IMG/VR virus record: IMGVR_UViG_3300029145_000015
Coordinates: 1-38,141 of that record
Strand: one strand, 5' to 3'
DNA length: 38,141 nt
Origin: a virus
Taxonomy: Duplodnaviria > Caudoviricetes
Below the pieces are notes generated by a model. It was not told where the DNA came from. It saw nothing but the letters and a program-made list of their open reading frames with translations, and ran no database searches. The translations under genes and the position numbers were made by a program. Shown here piece after piece: positions 27,573-36,330 of the stretch. Within the stretch, counting starts at the first letter, position 1. Each line of letters begins with the position of its first letter.

Positions 27573-27608
27573 AAAAAGCCGCCCGGCACCGGAGCACCGG
27601 GAGGCTTT
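27573..27608 (-). terminator. intrinsic terminator/attenuator
   Basis: On the - strand, AAAGCC-t-CCCGG...CCGGG-c-GGCTTTTT hairpin with a U-tract, downstream of 27623-28378. Confidence 0.6.
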
Positions 27609-27622
27609 CAGGTTGAGCTGAC

Positions 27623-28378
27623 TTAGAATTCCTCGTCAGCCTCTGAATCGCCTTCAGCGTGGCCGGATTCAGGCGTGTGGTCCTGATCGCGTTTCACGTC
27701 CATGGCACCGGAGGCTACAGCCTCGTACATGGCCTCCGCCGCACTGAAGACTTCCTCGGTCACAAACCCCAATTGGGTCAGTTTCCAGTTATAGAAGTCC
27801 TGTCCGGCGGAGTTCTGGTCATCCACGACTGACAGCTTGTACGCCCGCTCGAAACGATCACCGCCAAGAGTCTGAATAGTGGTGTTCCACTTGCGGCTCA
27901 CCTTCATCTGCGACTTGGACATGGAAATAACGGCTTGCGCCACCAGTTCCAGAGCCTCGTTCAAAACAAGGACGAAGTGCTGGTGGGTATCAACCACCTC
28001 GCAATCGTTGGCGTCCTCGACCTCGGCCAAAGCCGCCTTGGCCTCTCCCACGGTGCCGAATGCGCCACGGAATCCGCCGCCGGAGTCAATGTCCTTCCAG
28101 ATCACCCATTCCTTGCGGAACATCACGGGGACAACGACGCAACCTTCCGGGTAGAGTTCGCCGGTCGCGGTGTTGAACACCATCTTGACCTCAGCGCCGT
28201 CGATGTATTCCTCCTTCGACTTCTTGTGCTGGGGCGACAAATCCTGGATGATAGCGAGTCTTGGAATCGCCATGTCATCTGCGGTTACACCCTCGTTACC
28301 TCGGGTAGAATTGTCCTTCATCCAAGAAGGACGTTCGGTTGGCAGGCTATCTGCCGTCGTTGCTACTGCTTTTCCCAT
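27623..28378 (-). CDS. putative single-stranded DNA-binding/annealing protein
   Basis: G.EGV...D.AIPRL.I.Q.LSPQ pattern, beta-rich core, acidic tail ending in F, replication-module position. Confidence 0.55.
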   Translation of the reverse strand: MGKAVATTADSLPTERPSWMKDNSTRGNEGVTADDMAIPRLAIIQDLSPQHKKSKEEYIDGAEVKMVFNTATGELYPEGCVVVPVMFRKEWVIWKDIDSGGGFRGAFGTVGEAKAALAEVEDANDCEVVDTHQHFVLVLNEALELVAQAVISMSKSQMKVSRKWNTTIQTLGGDRFERAYKLSVVDDQNSAGQDFYNWKLTQLGFVTEEVFSAAEAMYEAVASGAMDVKRDQDHTPESGHAEGDSEADEEF

Positions 28379-28433
28379 TTCTAGTTCCTCAGTTCTAGTT
28401 TCTCAGTTCAGGGACTTGACCGGCCCCTCGCGG

Positions 28434-28877
28434 TTACGCTTTAACCACCGACGCCCGCATATAGGGCCGGAAGTTAACGACGTCTTCAGGCGGCAGTTTC
28501 TGGCCCTCTTTGAACCGCTCCATCATTAGCGATTTCAAGCTGGACGAGTTTACTGTCTGACCTATCATTTCGGACATTTTGTGTTGTCTTAGCCACTTGT
28601 AGAGTTCGGAGCGCTGACCTTCCGGTACCGTGCACCACGCTTGGGAAGAAAGCTGAATGCGACCGACACCATCGATCTTGATGGAAGTCATGCCTTCCTC
28701 GGCCATCTTTTCAGGAATTACATTGATCGTGAGGAAATCGAGTTCCTCCTTGAGTGCGGTCTCCTTGGCCCTGGCGGTAGAGTACCGCTTCTCCAAAGCT
28801 TTAACCGATTTAGCTAGGTCTTTGAAGGCTAACCCTTCATACTTCGCCGCCATTTCATCTCGTGTGCTCTTATCCAT
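28434..28877 (-). CDS. conserved replication-module hypothetical protein
   Basis: 147 aa with an N-terminal coiled coil, WLRQH and VNSSSLKS segments; has its own promoter and GGAG RBS. Confidence 0.7.
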   Translation of the reverse strand: MDKSTRDEMAAKYEGLAFKDLAKSVKALEKRYSTARAKETALKEELDFLTINVIPEKMAEEGMTSIKIDGVGRIQLSSQAWCTVPEGQRSELYKWLRQHKMSEMIGQTVNSSSLKSLMMERFKEGQKLPPEDVVNFRPYMRASVVKA

Positions 28878-28920
28878 AGTTTGCTCCGTTTAAGGTAGGA
28901 CCCCCCACCTAGATATCCTT

Positions 28921-28949
28921 ATTATATCACAGGGGGAGGCCCATATCAA
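28921..28949 (-). promoter_or_regulatory. sigma70-like promoter for the replication/Z operon
   Basis: On the - strand, TTGATA, 17 nt ending TGA, TATAAT. Confidence 0.8.
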
Positions 28950-28965
28950 GACATAATTTAAGAAG

Positions 28966-29271
28966 TCAGTGCTTGGTTTCGCAATCATCGGCGGGCGAAT
29001 CTTCCGGGGCCTTCTCAGGTTTCTTCAGACCGGCCTCTTCCAGTTTCTTGTAGTACGTATCGGTTTCACTGAATTCTGCCAGCATTTCTTCCGCAATCGC
29101 CAGCCGCTGGCCCTTACCTTCAATCTGCTGCTGCATCGCGCTACAAATGTGCTGGAAGTCGTTAAATATCTGACCGCACAATTCCTTGAAGTTGACAGGG
29201 ATACCAGCCTGCTCGGCGGACATTGCCTGTTGCATGCGCTGCTGCGGGTTAGGTTGCTGAGGTGGTAACAT
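28966..29271 (-). CDS. hypothetical protein
   Basis: TAAGGAG RBS before ATG 29271 (MLPPQQPNPQQ...); 101 aa. Confidence 0.7.
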   Translation of the reverse strand: MLPPQQPNPQQRMQQAMSAEQAGIPVNFKELCGQIFNDFQHICSAMQQQIEGKGQRLAIAEEMLAEFSETDTYYKKLEEAGLKKPEKAPEDSPADDCETKH

Positions 29272-29281
29272 ATCGTTCTCC

Positions 29282-29398
29282 TTAGTTTTTGGGGAGCGCC
29301 CCCGTATTTTGCAGGTACCAAACGTCCCGCTCATTTGCGTCGAACCATTGTGGCTCGCCGTGTTCAAGCTCCTCAGGGGGCACTAACACATTCGCCAT
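29282..29398 (-). CDS. small hypothetical protein (start uncertain)
   Basis: ORF MANVLVPPEELEHGEPQWFD... fills the gap below the helicase. The start could be further upstream (29479). Confidence 0.35.
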   Translation of the reverse strand: MANVLVPPEELEHGEPQWFDANERDVWYLQNTGALPKN

Positions 29399-29453
29399 GA
29401 TTTTTTCGATCTGGAGTATTTGTTTGCCCCGCCAGCTGCGACGGAATCTAAGC

Positions 29454-30911
29454 CTACCCGTGGCTACCAGAATTCTCATGTGCTTGTATCCCCGCGATGT
29501 TTTCTTCAACAAATTTAGCTAAACCGCCCTTTTCCTTGACGGCACGCATAATCATTTTATCGTAGTGGTGCCGGGCTTCGATATCAATATAGGTTACAGA
29601 CTCGGTTTGTCCCTTCCTGTGCGCCCGGTCCTCACTCTGCACTCTGTCTTCGTATGAAAAGCTGTTCGAAAAGTAAATCACCAAAGTGGCATTCGTCCAC
29701 GTCTGTCCCATTCCACCCATCGACGGATTGGAGATCATGAACCTCGCGTTCCCATCCGTGAAACGTAGCACTTCGTTCCTCCTCTCCTCGTCCGGGATTG
29801 CGCCGTAAAACGCGGCCACCGAGTCTGGGCCATGAGTCGCTGAAATCGAGTTCAGTATACTCTCGATCTCGGGTCGGAACCTCGCCCATATGATAACATT
29901 TGTTGTACTCGGTAGGTCTTCCAACACCTCCATCAAGGCGTTGAGTTTCGGATTCGGCCCCTCTATTGGCTCGACTGAGAACGTCCCGTCGTCTTCTACG
30001 AAAGGAAAGTTCCCGCCGATTATCTGTTGGAATCTCGTCAGACGTTCCAATATCGTCTGGGTTATTAACCATTTATCCCCCTGCTCCGCCTCCATTGTAT
30101 CCTTCAGCTGTTTGATAGCTTTCAACTGATTAGGCGACGGTTCTACTACGATTTTCTCATATACCTTGCTCGGGAGGTCCAGTACATCCTCTTTTTTAAC
30201 TATATCTACATACGGGGAGACTCTAGCAAGGAGTTGGTCTAAATTCTGGTAATCAACAATCTCTTTATCGTCGTGACCACCCATAATACAATAGGCAGCC
30301 TTAAATAACCGGAAGTTTTGCTTCCCAATAATCTTCGGGTTTAGGAACCGAAATTGACCGAATAAATCTTCGACACCCTGAGTGATCGGGGTACCAGTCA
30401 TTAGTATCCGGTATAGACACTTGGCCGCGACTTTGGTTGCCCTTTTGGTGCGGAGGGAGGCGTAATTTTTAAGGCGGGACGATTCATCCGCCGCGATCAT
30501 ACATTTGTTATCTTTGGCGAATTGGAGCAGGTATTCGTGAGTATCGCCCTGTGATAGCGCTTCTATTCCCACTATAAGGACTTTCATATGATTCGGATAC
30601 GAGGTTTTCCCGAATTCACGCATCCCATCTTTGAAAGCTTGGCCCGCCATGTGGGTGTAAACCATACATTCGACCGGGGACCATTTGTCGATCTCGTTTT
30701 CCCAGACTAACTTAATTGGGGTGGGGCAAATTACAATGAGGGCCTCGATTTGATCCTTCATATATCGGGCGGCGGCGAGATTTATCACCGTGAAGGTCTT
30801 GCCTGTGCCCATTTCCCAGAATAAGGCGAATTCCGAACCTTTCTTCCACGCACGTTTCAGGCCATTAACCTGATGAACCATAGGCTCGGCTTTGTAAGGG
30901 TGACCACTCAT
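29454..30911 (-). CDS. SNF2-like superfamily 2 helicase
   Basis: EMGTGKT (motif I), ADES (II), MTGTP (III) and QSEDRAHRKGQ (VI). Confidence 0.92.
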   Translation of the reverse strand: MSGHPYKAEPMVHQVNGLKRAWKKGSEFALFWEMGTGKTFTVINLAAARYMKDQIEALIVICPTPIKLVWENEIDKWSPVECMVYTHMAGQAFKDGMREFGKTSYPNHMKVLIVGIEALSQGDTHEYLLQFAKDNKCMIAADESSRLKNYASLRTKRATKVAAKCLYRILMTGTPITQGVEDLFGQFRFLNPKIIGKQNFRLFKAAYCIMGGHDDKEIVDYQNLDQLLARVSPYVDIVKKEDVLDLPSKVYEKIVVEPSPNQLKAIKQLKDTMEAEQGDKWLITQTILERLTRFQQIIGGNFPFVEDDGTFSVEPIEGPNPKLNALMEVLEDLPSTTNVIIWARFRPEIESILNSISATHGPDSVAAFYGAIPDEERRNEVLRFTDGNARFMISNPSMGGMGQTWTNATLVIYFSNSFSYEDRVQSEDRAHRKGQTESVTYIDIEARHHYDKMIMRAVKEKGGLAKFVEENIAGIQAHENSGSHG

Positions 30912-31102
30912 TTTTGCTTGATCGCCCTCCGGAATTCGTTATAGGATTTGGTGTGCAGATGGCTTGGGCTAACAACCTGCGGGAATCTGGTGGGTTGCTT
31001 CTTCAGGGCGTGTTTGACCTGATTGTAGGCTCTGGTATGGCCATTTGGCATCTGATCTTGCCCCGGTGTGTGATCTGGCGGTGGCGGGTAACGGAAAATC
31101 AT
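30908..31102 (-). CDS. hypothetical protein
   Basis: 64-aa ORF whose stop overlaps the helicase start (ATGA). Confidence 0.5.
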   Translation of the reverse strand: MIFRYPPPPDHTPGQDQMPNGHTRAYNQVKHALKKQPTRFPQVVSPSHLHTKSYNEFRRAIKQK

Positions 31103-31107
31103 GGGGG

Positions 31108-31275
31108 CTATTTCGCCCCCGAATTAGATTCCATTTTCTCAGCGATCTTCTCTTCAATTTCTTGAAGGTATTTCACGTGGTTGACCGGGACTTCAACCAT
31201 CCGGACTTCACGAAGATGTTCTTTGAGGACTTTCATCTGGTGGTAGGTAAAATCTACCTTGAATTGCCGTGCCAT
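31108..31275 (-). CDS. 55-aa hypothetical protein (not in the ORF track)
   Basis: Hand-translated MARQFKVDFTYHQMKVLKEHLREVRMVEVPVNHVKYLQEIEEKIAEKMESNSGAK; fills the gap in the - strand operon. Confidence 0.55.
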   Translation of the reverse strand: MARQFKVDFTYHQMKVLKEHLREVRMVEVPVNHVKYLQEIEEKIAEKMESNSGAK

Positions 31276-31389
31276 ATTAGTAACCTGTCGGGTTATTGAA
31301 AAATACCCCCCTTCGCGGCGTAGCCGGGCTGCAACCCGGTGGGGGGCGGTCTACTTAACGGCCAGAGCGTAACCGTTGCCTAGGTATCG

Positions 31390-31842
31390 TTACTTCTTGG
31401 CTTTCGCCCTCTCCTTAGCCTTCGCCTTTGCGGCGGCTTCCTTCGCCTTTGCGGCCTTTTCCTGCTCGCGTTCCTTCTCGCGACCGGCGACGGCCTTGCG
31501 AACAGCAGAGGACAACTTGGTGATGTAAGTATCACCGGAGCCTTCCTTCTCCTTGTTCATCTTACCAGCAACACCACGCATCCGGTTGCCCAGATTCATG
31601 CGCTGCATGCCGTCATTCAGGTGGCCGTATTTGGCCTTCAGGTCCTTAACGGTGGTATCACCGATAGCCTCGGCGGCGAGGTCGTAAACCTCATCCAGGG
31701 TTGCGCCCTGCAGGGCGGTTGCCACAGCGTCGCCATTGTGTTGCGATTTGGCACCGCTGGCGCTGCGAGCGGTTTCGTACTTGCTGGTATCAGGGCGGAC
31801 CGTGGTCTTGCCACTGTCGGGTGCTTCTTTTGCTTTGGGCAT
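31390..31842 (-). CDS. Lys/Ala-rich putative DNA-binding protein
   Basis: KYGHLNDGMQRMNLGNRMRG core and a histone-like KAKEAAAKAKAK tail; has its own promoter and GAGGA RBS. Confidence 0.65.
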   Translation of the reverse strand: MPKAKEAPDSGKTTVRPDTSKYETARSASGAKSQHNGDAVATALQGATLDEVYDLAAEAIGDTTVKDLKAKYGHLNDGMQRMNLGNRMRGVAGKMNKEKEGSGDTYITKLSSAVRKAVAGREKEREQEKAAKAKEAAAKAKAKERAKAKK

Positions 31843-31895
31843 CGTTCTATCCTCAGTTGTGATGCTTGGGGGATGGTCTCTCGACCTGCCACGTT

Positions 31896-31924
31896 ATTCT
31901 AACACAGTACACTGTACCGGTCAA
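31896..31924 (-). promoter_or_regulatory. sigma70-like promoter with an inverted repeat in the spacer
   Basis: On the - strand, TTGACC, 17 nt, TAGAAT. The spacer contains ACAGT-gt-ACTGT. Confidence 0.75.
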
Positions 31925-31940
31925 GAATGGGTTTTAGCTG

Positions 31941-32207
31941 CTACGCACACCGTTCGGAAATATACTCGGCGGCGGCGCGATCAGTCATAACAAACTCGTT
32001 CTGGGAAACAGTCCGGAGGTCGGACAAAGCGCCCCACTCGTACCGCCTCCATTCACCTTCGATGAACACAGTCACGTGGCTCTTGCCGTGAATCACTATG
32101 GGGCATCCTTCGATATCGGGGAATACGGACAGGACCATAAAGACAGCGAGTGTCTGATACGGTTTCCCTGTGAAATCGGAGGGGAGGGGTTTTCTAAGGT
32201 CGCTCAT
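31941..32207 (-). CDS. hypothetical protein
   Basis: GGAG-CGCTATC-ATG start at 32207; 88 aa. Confidence 0.65.
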   Translation of the reverse strand: MSDLRKPLPSDFTGKPYQTLAVFMVLSVFPDIEGCPIVIHGKSHVTVFIEGEWRRYEWGALSDLRTVSQNEFVMTDRAAAEYISERCA

Positions 32208-32728
32208 GATAGCGCTCCATCCATCCATGCGGCATAACTGTCCGCGTTTACGTTAAGTTGGTTTAGCTCCACCGTACAGGTGTTGGCGAATTCGGCCCAC
32301 TCCGGGTCGTACGGAATCTGAAGGTGACGGTTAATGAACTCAAGGTGAATATCTACCTCAGTAAACGGTACCCGGTACCCCTGTACAGTAGAGAGTTGCG
32401 CCTCGAAGAATCCGAACATCTCCCACGCGATACCCAGGTCTATTTCCTGCCCGATTTTGTCGGCCCACCGGGCGAAGCTTTCATAGGCGTACCGCTTCGG
32501 ACGCTCGATAATGACTGTGGGTTTGTCGGGCCAAACTTGCTGAAAGTCCGTGATCGGGAGGCCGGTGTCGCAAAACACCAGAGGCCGGGACCTGAACAGT
32601 TCGTGGAACTCTTCTGCGTCATTGACCTTGTTCATTGGTTCGTGAATGGCCTCGATTCCCAGCCCCCGGAGGTAGAAGGTGAACCACGCCGATCGCGTCC
32701 GGGGTAACCCTGTGATAAAACCGATCAT
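32204..32728 (-). CDS. sulfotransferase-like P-loop protein
   Basis: N-terminal FITGLPRTRSAW resembles the PAPS 5'-phosphosulfate loop (GxPRSGT/S), followed by HEP and VIIERP. Confidence 0.55.
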   Translation of the reverse strand: MIGFITGLPRTRSAWFTFYLRGLGIEAIHEPMNKVNDAEEFHELFRSRPLVFCDTGLPITDFQQVWPDKPTVIIERPKRYAYESFARWADKIGQEIDLGIAWEMFGFFEAQLSTVQGYRVPFTEVDIHLEFINRHLQIPYDPEWAEFANTCTVELNQLNVNADSYAAWMDGALS

Positions 32729-33090
32729 TATACCGGTATCTCTATTTCTAGGAATTCGTCCGACAGACGTCTTGTCCTTATGAAGTCTTTGATTTCAGGG
32801 CGAACATCGCCGTAGTAAACAGCGCCCGCAAAATGTCTACCCACTACCTTAAGTTGAAGGGCACTGGGGTCCACCAAAGAAGTGTAAACGCACGTCCCTC
32901 CTGTTTTAGTAGTGATGAACCCCCGGTTCCGGTCTATGGAAGCCAGCATACCTTCCGCGCTGAAAGTATCCGCGTGATGGGTCATAGTTTCAAGTAACAT
33001 CTGCCGGAAGGGGAACACGGCTATAATGTTCTGACCGTTGATGTATATTTGGCGCAGGGCCTCGAATTTTCGTTCGTAATCGTCCATCAT
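32728..33090 (-). CDS. hypothetical protein
   Basis: 120-aa ORF coupled to both neighbours. Confidence 0.65.
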   Translation of the reverse strand: MMDDYERKFEALRQIYINGQNIIAVFPFRQMLLETMTHHADTFSAEGMLASIDRNRGFITTKTGGTCVYTSLVDPSALQLKVVGRHFAGAVYYGDVRPEIKDFIRTRRLSDEFLEIEIPV

Positions 33091-33677
33091 ACCACCAATT
33101 TAAGCAGTGTGTTTTGCTCGGGCTTGTCTTCTTCCTGCCGAAGATGTTTCCGCCTATCCCAAATCTCTTCCTGCTTCGGGCGCTGCTTGTCTAGGATAGC
33201 GCGTAGGTGATCCACAACCCCCATGTCAGCTTGGCGCTCAATCAACACGGTCTCGGTTTCCGCTATGCTGAACGGGAACAGGTCCTCCACTTTCTGGGGA
33301 TTGAACTCCCGGAAGGTCGGGGTCATGTCCAACACTGTAAATGGTTCAAAGATTTCCTGCCGGAGAACCTCGATTGACGATACGACATTGTTGATAATGA
33401 TCGGGGGACCCTGCGGTATGTGTCGCACCCTATCCAGAGGCTCGTATGTGTACTCTGGCACAAACGCATATAGCTTTAGAAATTTGTTCCTGATTGCTAT
33501 CCTGACTTCCCATGTCTCAGGGGTGTAATCAACAGCAAATTCCCACCCGTTCCTCTGCAGAACATAGGTGTTCGACTCCCACCCCGCAAAGTGCACAGGG
33601 ACAGGAGCCGAGTAAAGGACCTTTAACTTATCCAATGTCGTAGGTGCCGTCAGTGATGCGAGCGTTGAGGTCCTCAA
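33087..33677 (-). CDS. hypothetical protein (start uncertain)
   Basis: 196-aa ORF in the - strand operon. Confidence 0.7.
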   Translation of the reverse strand: MRTSTLASLTAPTTLDKLKVLYSAPVPVHFAGWESNTYVLQRNGWEFAVDYTPETWEVRIAIRNKFLKLYAFVPEYTYEPLDRVRHIPQGPPIIINNVVSSIEVLRQEIFEPFTVLDMTPTFREFNPQKVEDLFPFSIAETETVLIERQADMGVVDHLRAILDKQRPKQEEIWDRRKHLRQEEDKPEQNTLLKLVV

Positions 33678-33828
33678 TCTCGCGGTTGATGTTTGCCAGG
33701 ATTTTCTCGGCGTCGGCCCTCTGGTGCAATTTCTCCTTCAGAGCCCTTACAGCTTCCTTGTTGCGCTCGGCCTCAACCTCAGCCTCGGCAATCTCCATCG
33801 GGGTCTTACTCTTTACTTCTTCAACCAT
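33628..33828 (-). CDS. small coiled-coil hypothetical protein
   Basis: GAGG RBS before ATG 33828 (MVEEVKSK...); 66 aa. Confidence 0.65.
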   Translation of the reverse strand: MVEEVKSKTPMEIAEAEVEAERNKEAVRALKEKLHQRADAEKILANINREIEDLNARITDGTYDIG

Positions 33829-34007
33829 TACTTTATCCTCACTATGCGGACCCGCCACGGGAACCATGGCTTCTTACTCCGCAGTTTCGTTTTGCACTGG
33901 TCAACCTCTTCGCGGAATTTCTCCGCTGCAACCTCGGCCTGTGCTTGGGCCATCGGGTCCATGGTGCCTGTCACGGTTCCCATGCAGTATGGGCATTTCT
34001 TGCTCAT
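33828..34007 (-). CDS. 59-aa hypothetical protein with CPYC (not in the ORF track)
   Basis: AGGAG-CGCTATC-ATG start; MSKKCPYCMGTVTGTMDPMAQAQAEVAAEKFREEVDQCKTKLRSKKPWFPWRVRIVRIK; the stop overlaps the next start (TAATG). Confidence 0.65.
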   Translation of the reverse strand: MSKKCPYCMGTVTGTMDPMAQAQAEVAAEKFREEVDQCKTKLRSKKPWFPWRVRIVRIK

Positions 34008-34138
34008 GATAGCGCTCCTAAAATTAGTGCCCCTCTGTCGCCCACGGCGGGGCTACCGTGTTTGCCTCCCCAGTCAACCACGGACGAGAATTAACCGGGC
34101 GGGCTTGCATATTATTAGACCACATATGCCAGATGGTT

Positions 34139-34429
34139 TCACCCTGCGAATCGGTCTATGGCGAAACCGACCGCAGTTAGGGTGACTCCGATACTATAAA
34201 GGACGTGGAATGGGAACAAATGTGCCCAAGAATAGGGGCGCAGTCTGTGGTCCTCGGTCAGAATATTCTGGCCTGTATGGGTCTTATGTTCCTTATCAGA
34301 GAAGGGGTTCCACGACGCGCGCTTGTGGCGGTCAATATGAACCTTCTTGTTGGCGTCCCAAATAGCGCGTTCCTCGCGCAGGGTCTCCAAGTTCCCATCC
34401 AACTTCTTCAGCATCTTTTTAAGCATCAC
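34139..34429 (-). CDS. hypothetical protein with a C-terminal membrane helix
   Basis: AGGAG RBS; hydrophobic VLYSIGVTLTAVGFAI. Confidence 0.6.
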   Translation of the reverse strand: MMLKKMLKKLDGNLETLREERAIWDANKKVHIDRHKRASWNPFSDKEHKTHTGQNILTEDHRLRPYSWAHLFPFHVLYSIGVTLTAVGFAIDRFAG

Positions 34430-34689
34430 GCGTCTCCTGTCAACCGGTCGTCACGCATCCGGTCGTATTCATAATCGGCCCGACAAGCAGCCTCCTCGAA
34501 AGCCCATTCATTATAGTCTGACTCAATAGTGCATTCCTCATCTTCGAAAACTTCGCCGTCGCAACAGTCTGAGCTAAGGCCCATCCTGCTATCGAAGCCT
34601 TTAGCACCCCAAGCCTCGTAAGAGCCAATACCGAAGTCCTCGGCATGGACGCCACATTCATTCTTGCATTCACCACAGTAATAGGTCAT
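34426..34689 (-). CDS. acidic Cys-rich (probably Zn-binding) small protein
   Basis: YYCGECKNEC and SDCC motifs; RBS and promoter upstream. Confidence 0.65.
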   Translation of the reverse strand: MTYYCGECKNECGVHAEDFGIGSYEAWGAKGFDSRMGLSSDCCDGEVFEDEECTIESDYNEWAFEEAACRADYEYDRMRDDRLTGDA

Positions 34690-34716
34690 GTCCGCTCTCC
34701 CATAGATGACCCCTGC

Positions 34717-34746
34717 AGTATACCATGCGGGGGGGGCCGGAGTCTA
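34717..34746 (-). promoter_or_regulatory. sigma70-like promoter
   Basis: On the - strand, TAGACT, 18 nt ending TGG, TATACT. Confidence 0.55.
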
Positions 34747-34750
34747 GCAC

Positions 34751-35599
34751 TTATTTGCCGATCGAACCCCAAGCTTCCTTGATCTTGGTGTAGGCCTGCT
34801 CCAATATCCGGATGGAATCATCTTCACCTTCCAACTTTTCCTTCAGGTGTGCGTGGACCGCCAAGAAGGTATCCAGATTGCACGGTCGCTCGATGAACTC
34901 GGGGCCAAAGCCGTAGATGATAGCGCTCTGGCTATATTCGTCCATCCCGTCGAACTCACCTTCCAGAACGGCCTCAATTCGTTGCCGCGGGAATAACATA
35001 AGCACCCGATCGATTTTATCATCCATGGACTCCATTTTCTTGGAAGTCTTCTTGTCGGTACCGCCGTGCTCGGAAGGTTGGGGGGCGGGTTTGTCCTTGG
35101 CCTTCGCCTCTTTAACTTCGGCGGTTGTTACTTCCTCACCTTTCTCCGCCTTTTCCTTTACTTCCTTCACGACCTCGGGGGATGCGTTCAGCAGTTCGCG
35201 GGCGGTGGACCAGCCAAGCTTATCAACCAGCGCCGGGGCATCCTTAAATTCTTTGGCCATAGCCATGTATTGGCTCACGGTCCGGGGTGCCATGTCGGGC
35301 AGGACAGCTTTCCGCCATTTGCCGAATTCGTTGTCGCCGGGGAAAAGATCGCGGGCGCGTTGTAGTAGCTTGCCGAGTTTGAGCCGGGCGCGGGCAACTG
35401 TGATGATAGTGTCCTCGACCGTCTTGTCAATGTCGGCCCGGATTGTGTCCAGTTTTTCGAGTGATAGCGCGGAAACTCCCTTCGCCCAGTCGGGACTGGC
35501 CTCGGCCGGGGGTTTGGCGTCGCCCTCGAATCCCAACATTTCGTCCAGTTCGTCGGATTTCTCTTCGCTCATTGTTGCGCGGGGTGATGACTTAGCCAT
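34751..35599 (-). CDS. DUF3102-like phage protein
   Basis: LGKLL..AR......EFGKW......M..RT...YM..A pattern of DUF3102; 282 aa. Confidence 0.65.
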   Translation of the reverse strand: MAKSSPRATMSEEKSDELDEMLGFEGDAKPPAEASPDWAKGVSALSLEKLDTIRADIDKTVEDTIITVARARLKLGKLLQRARDLFPGDNEFGKWRKAVLPDMAPRTVSQYMAMAKEFKDAPALVDKLGWSTARELLNASPEVVKEVKEKAEKGEEVTTAEVKEAKAKDKPAPQPSEHGGTDKKTSKKMESMDDKIDRVLMLFPRQRIEAVLEGEFDGMDEYSQSAIIYGFGPEFIERPCNLDTFLAVHAHLKEKLEGEDDSIRILEQAYTKIKEAWGSIGK

Positions 35600-35795
35600 G
35601 TTTTAGCTCTCCGTTGCTGCGGTACTTGCTTGATGAAGGGAGGTACGCACGTTTCAACGCGATCTCCCGTGGAGCGCCTAAATTCGGACGCCATGTTTTG
35701 CTAGTAAAAATGGTAGGGTACGCGTAAATCCGCCTTGGCTCTGTGGCCACTGCATTGGGTGGAACGGTGTCGGGGCTTTTGGGGCCGTATTTCAT
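35592..35795 (-). CDS. hypothetical early protein
   Basis: 67-aa ORF with GGAG RBS, coupled to its neighbours. Confidence 0.6.
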   Translation of the reverse strand: MKYGPKSPDTVPPNAVATEPRRIYAYPTIFTSKTWRPNLGAPREIALKRAYLPSSSKYRSNGELKHG

Positions 35796-36097
35796 GCTGG
35801 TACTCCAATTAGTTTCAATCCGCCTTTCGGGATGTCGGTCCGAAGGAGGTAGTAAACGGGTCGGTTAAGATATTTCGGGTGGGTTGGTGCCCAGATGTAA
35901 GCAGCATGGGGCGAGTTGTGGAGTTCGTAGCGGTACGGGTTTATGTCCCCGCCTTCAATCTCCAGCCCGCCGTTGGAATCCTTGATAGCGCCCTCTATTG
36001 CCGCCTCAAGGTTCGGGTAATCGTTGGGTAAAATACCGGTCTCCCCATCATTCTGGGAAGACCGATAGATGATGAATTTTTGAACGGGCTGGTTCAC
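35792..36097 (-). CDS. hypothetical early protein
   Basis: 101-aa ORF with a GTG start overlapping the upstream stop. Confidence 0.6.
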   Translation of the reverse strand: MNQPVQKFIIYRSSQNDGETGILPNDYPNLEAAIEGAIKDSNGGLEIEGGDINPYRYELHNSPHAAYIWAPTHPKYLNRPVYYLLRTDIPKGGLKLIGVPA

Positions 36098-36330
36098 TCG
36101 CCAAAAACCTCATCCATGAGGGGTTGAATATCCCTCTCCGGGAGGCGGTGGGCCGCATCAATCTTGCGGAACACCGTGTAGCAATTAAGTGCATCGTCGT
36201 CGGTGTCAAACTCCGCCACCTTCTGCTCTCGCAGGACGCGGTGCATGATTTCGAGTTCGTCGGGGGTGAAGGCCAGCAGAACCGCTGCGAGCTGATCCTT
36301 CATGTTCAAACCTGTAAGTCGCCTTGCCAT
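36094..36330 (-). CDS. hypothetical early protein
   Basis: 78-aa ORF with GGAG RBS. Confidence 0.65.
   Translation of the reverse strand: MARRLTGLNMKDQLAAVLLAFTPDELEIMHRVLREQKVAEFDTDDDALNCYTVFRKIDAAHRLPERDIQPLMDEVFGE

Noticed and set aside
31902-31918. LexA (SOS) box in the promoter spacer
   Set aside because: The arrangement is ACAG-N4-CTGT, not CTGT-N8-ACAG.
32728-33090. Faint resemblance to a terminase ATPase fragment
   Set aside because: No Walker motifs; too weak to call.
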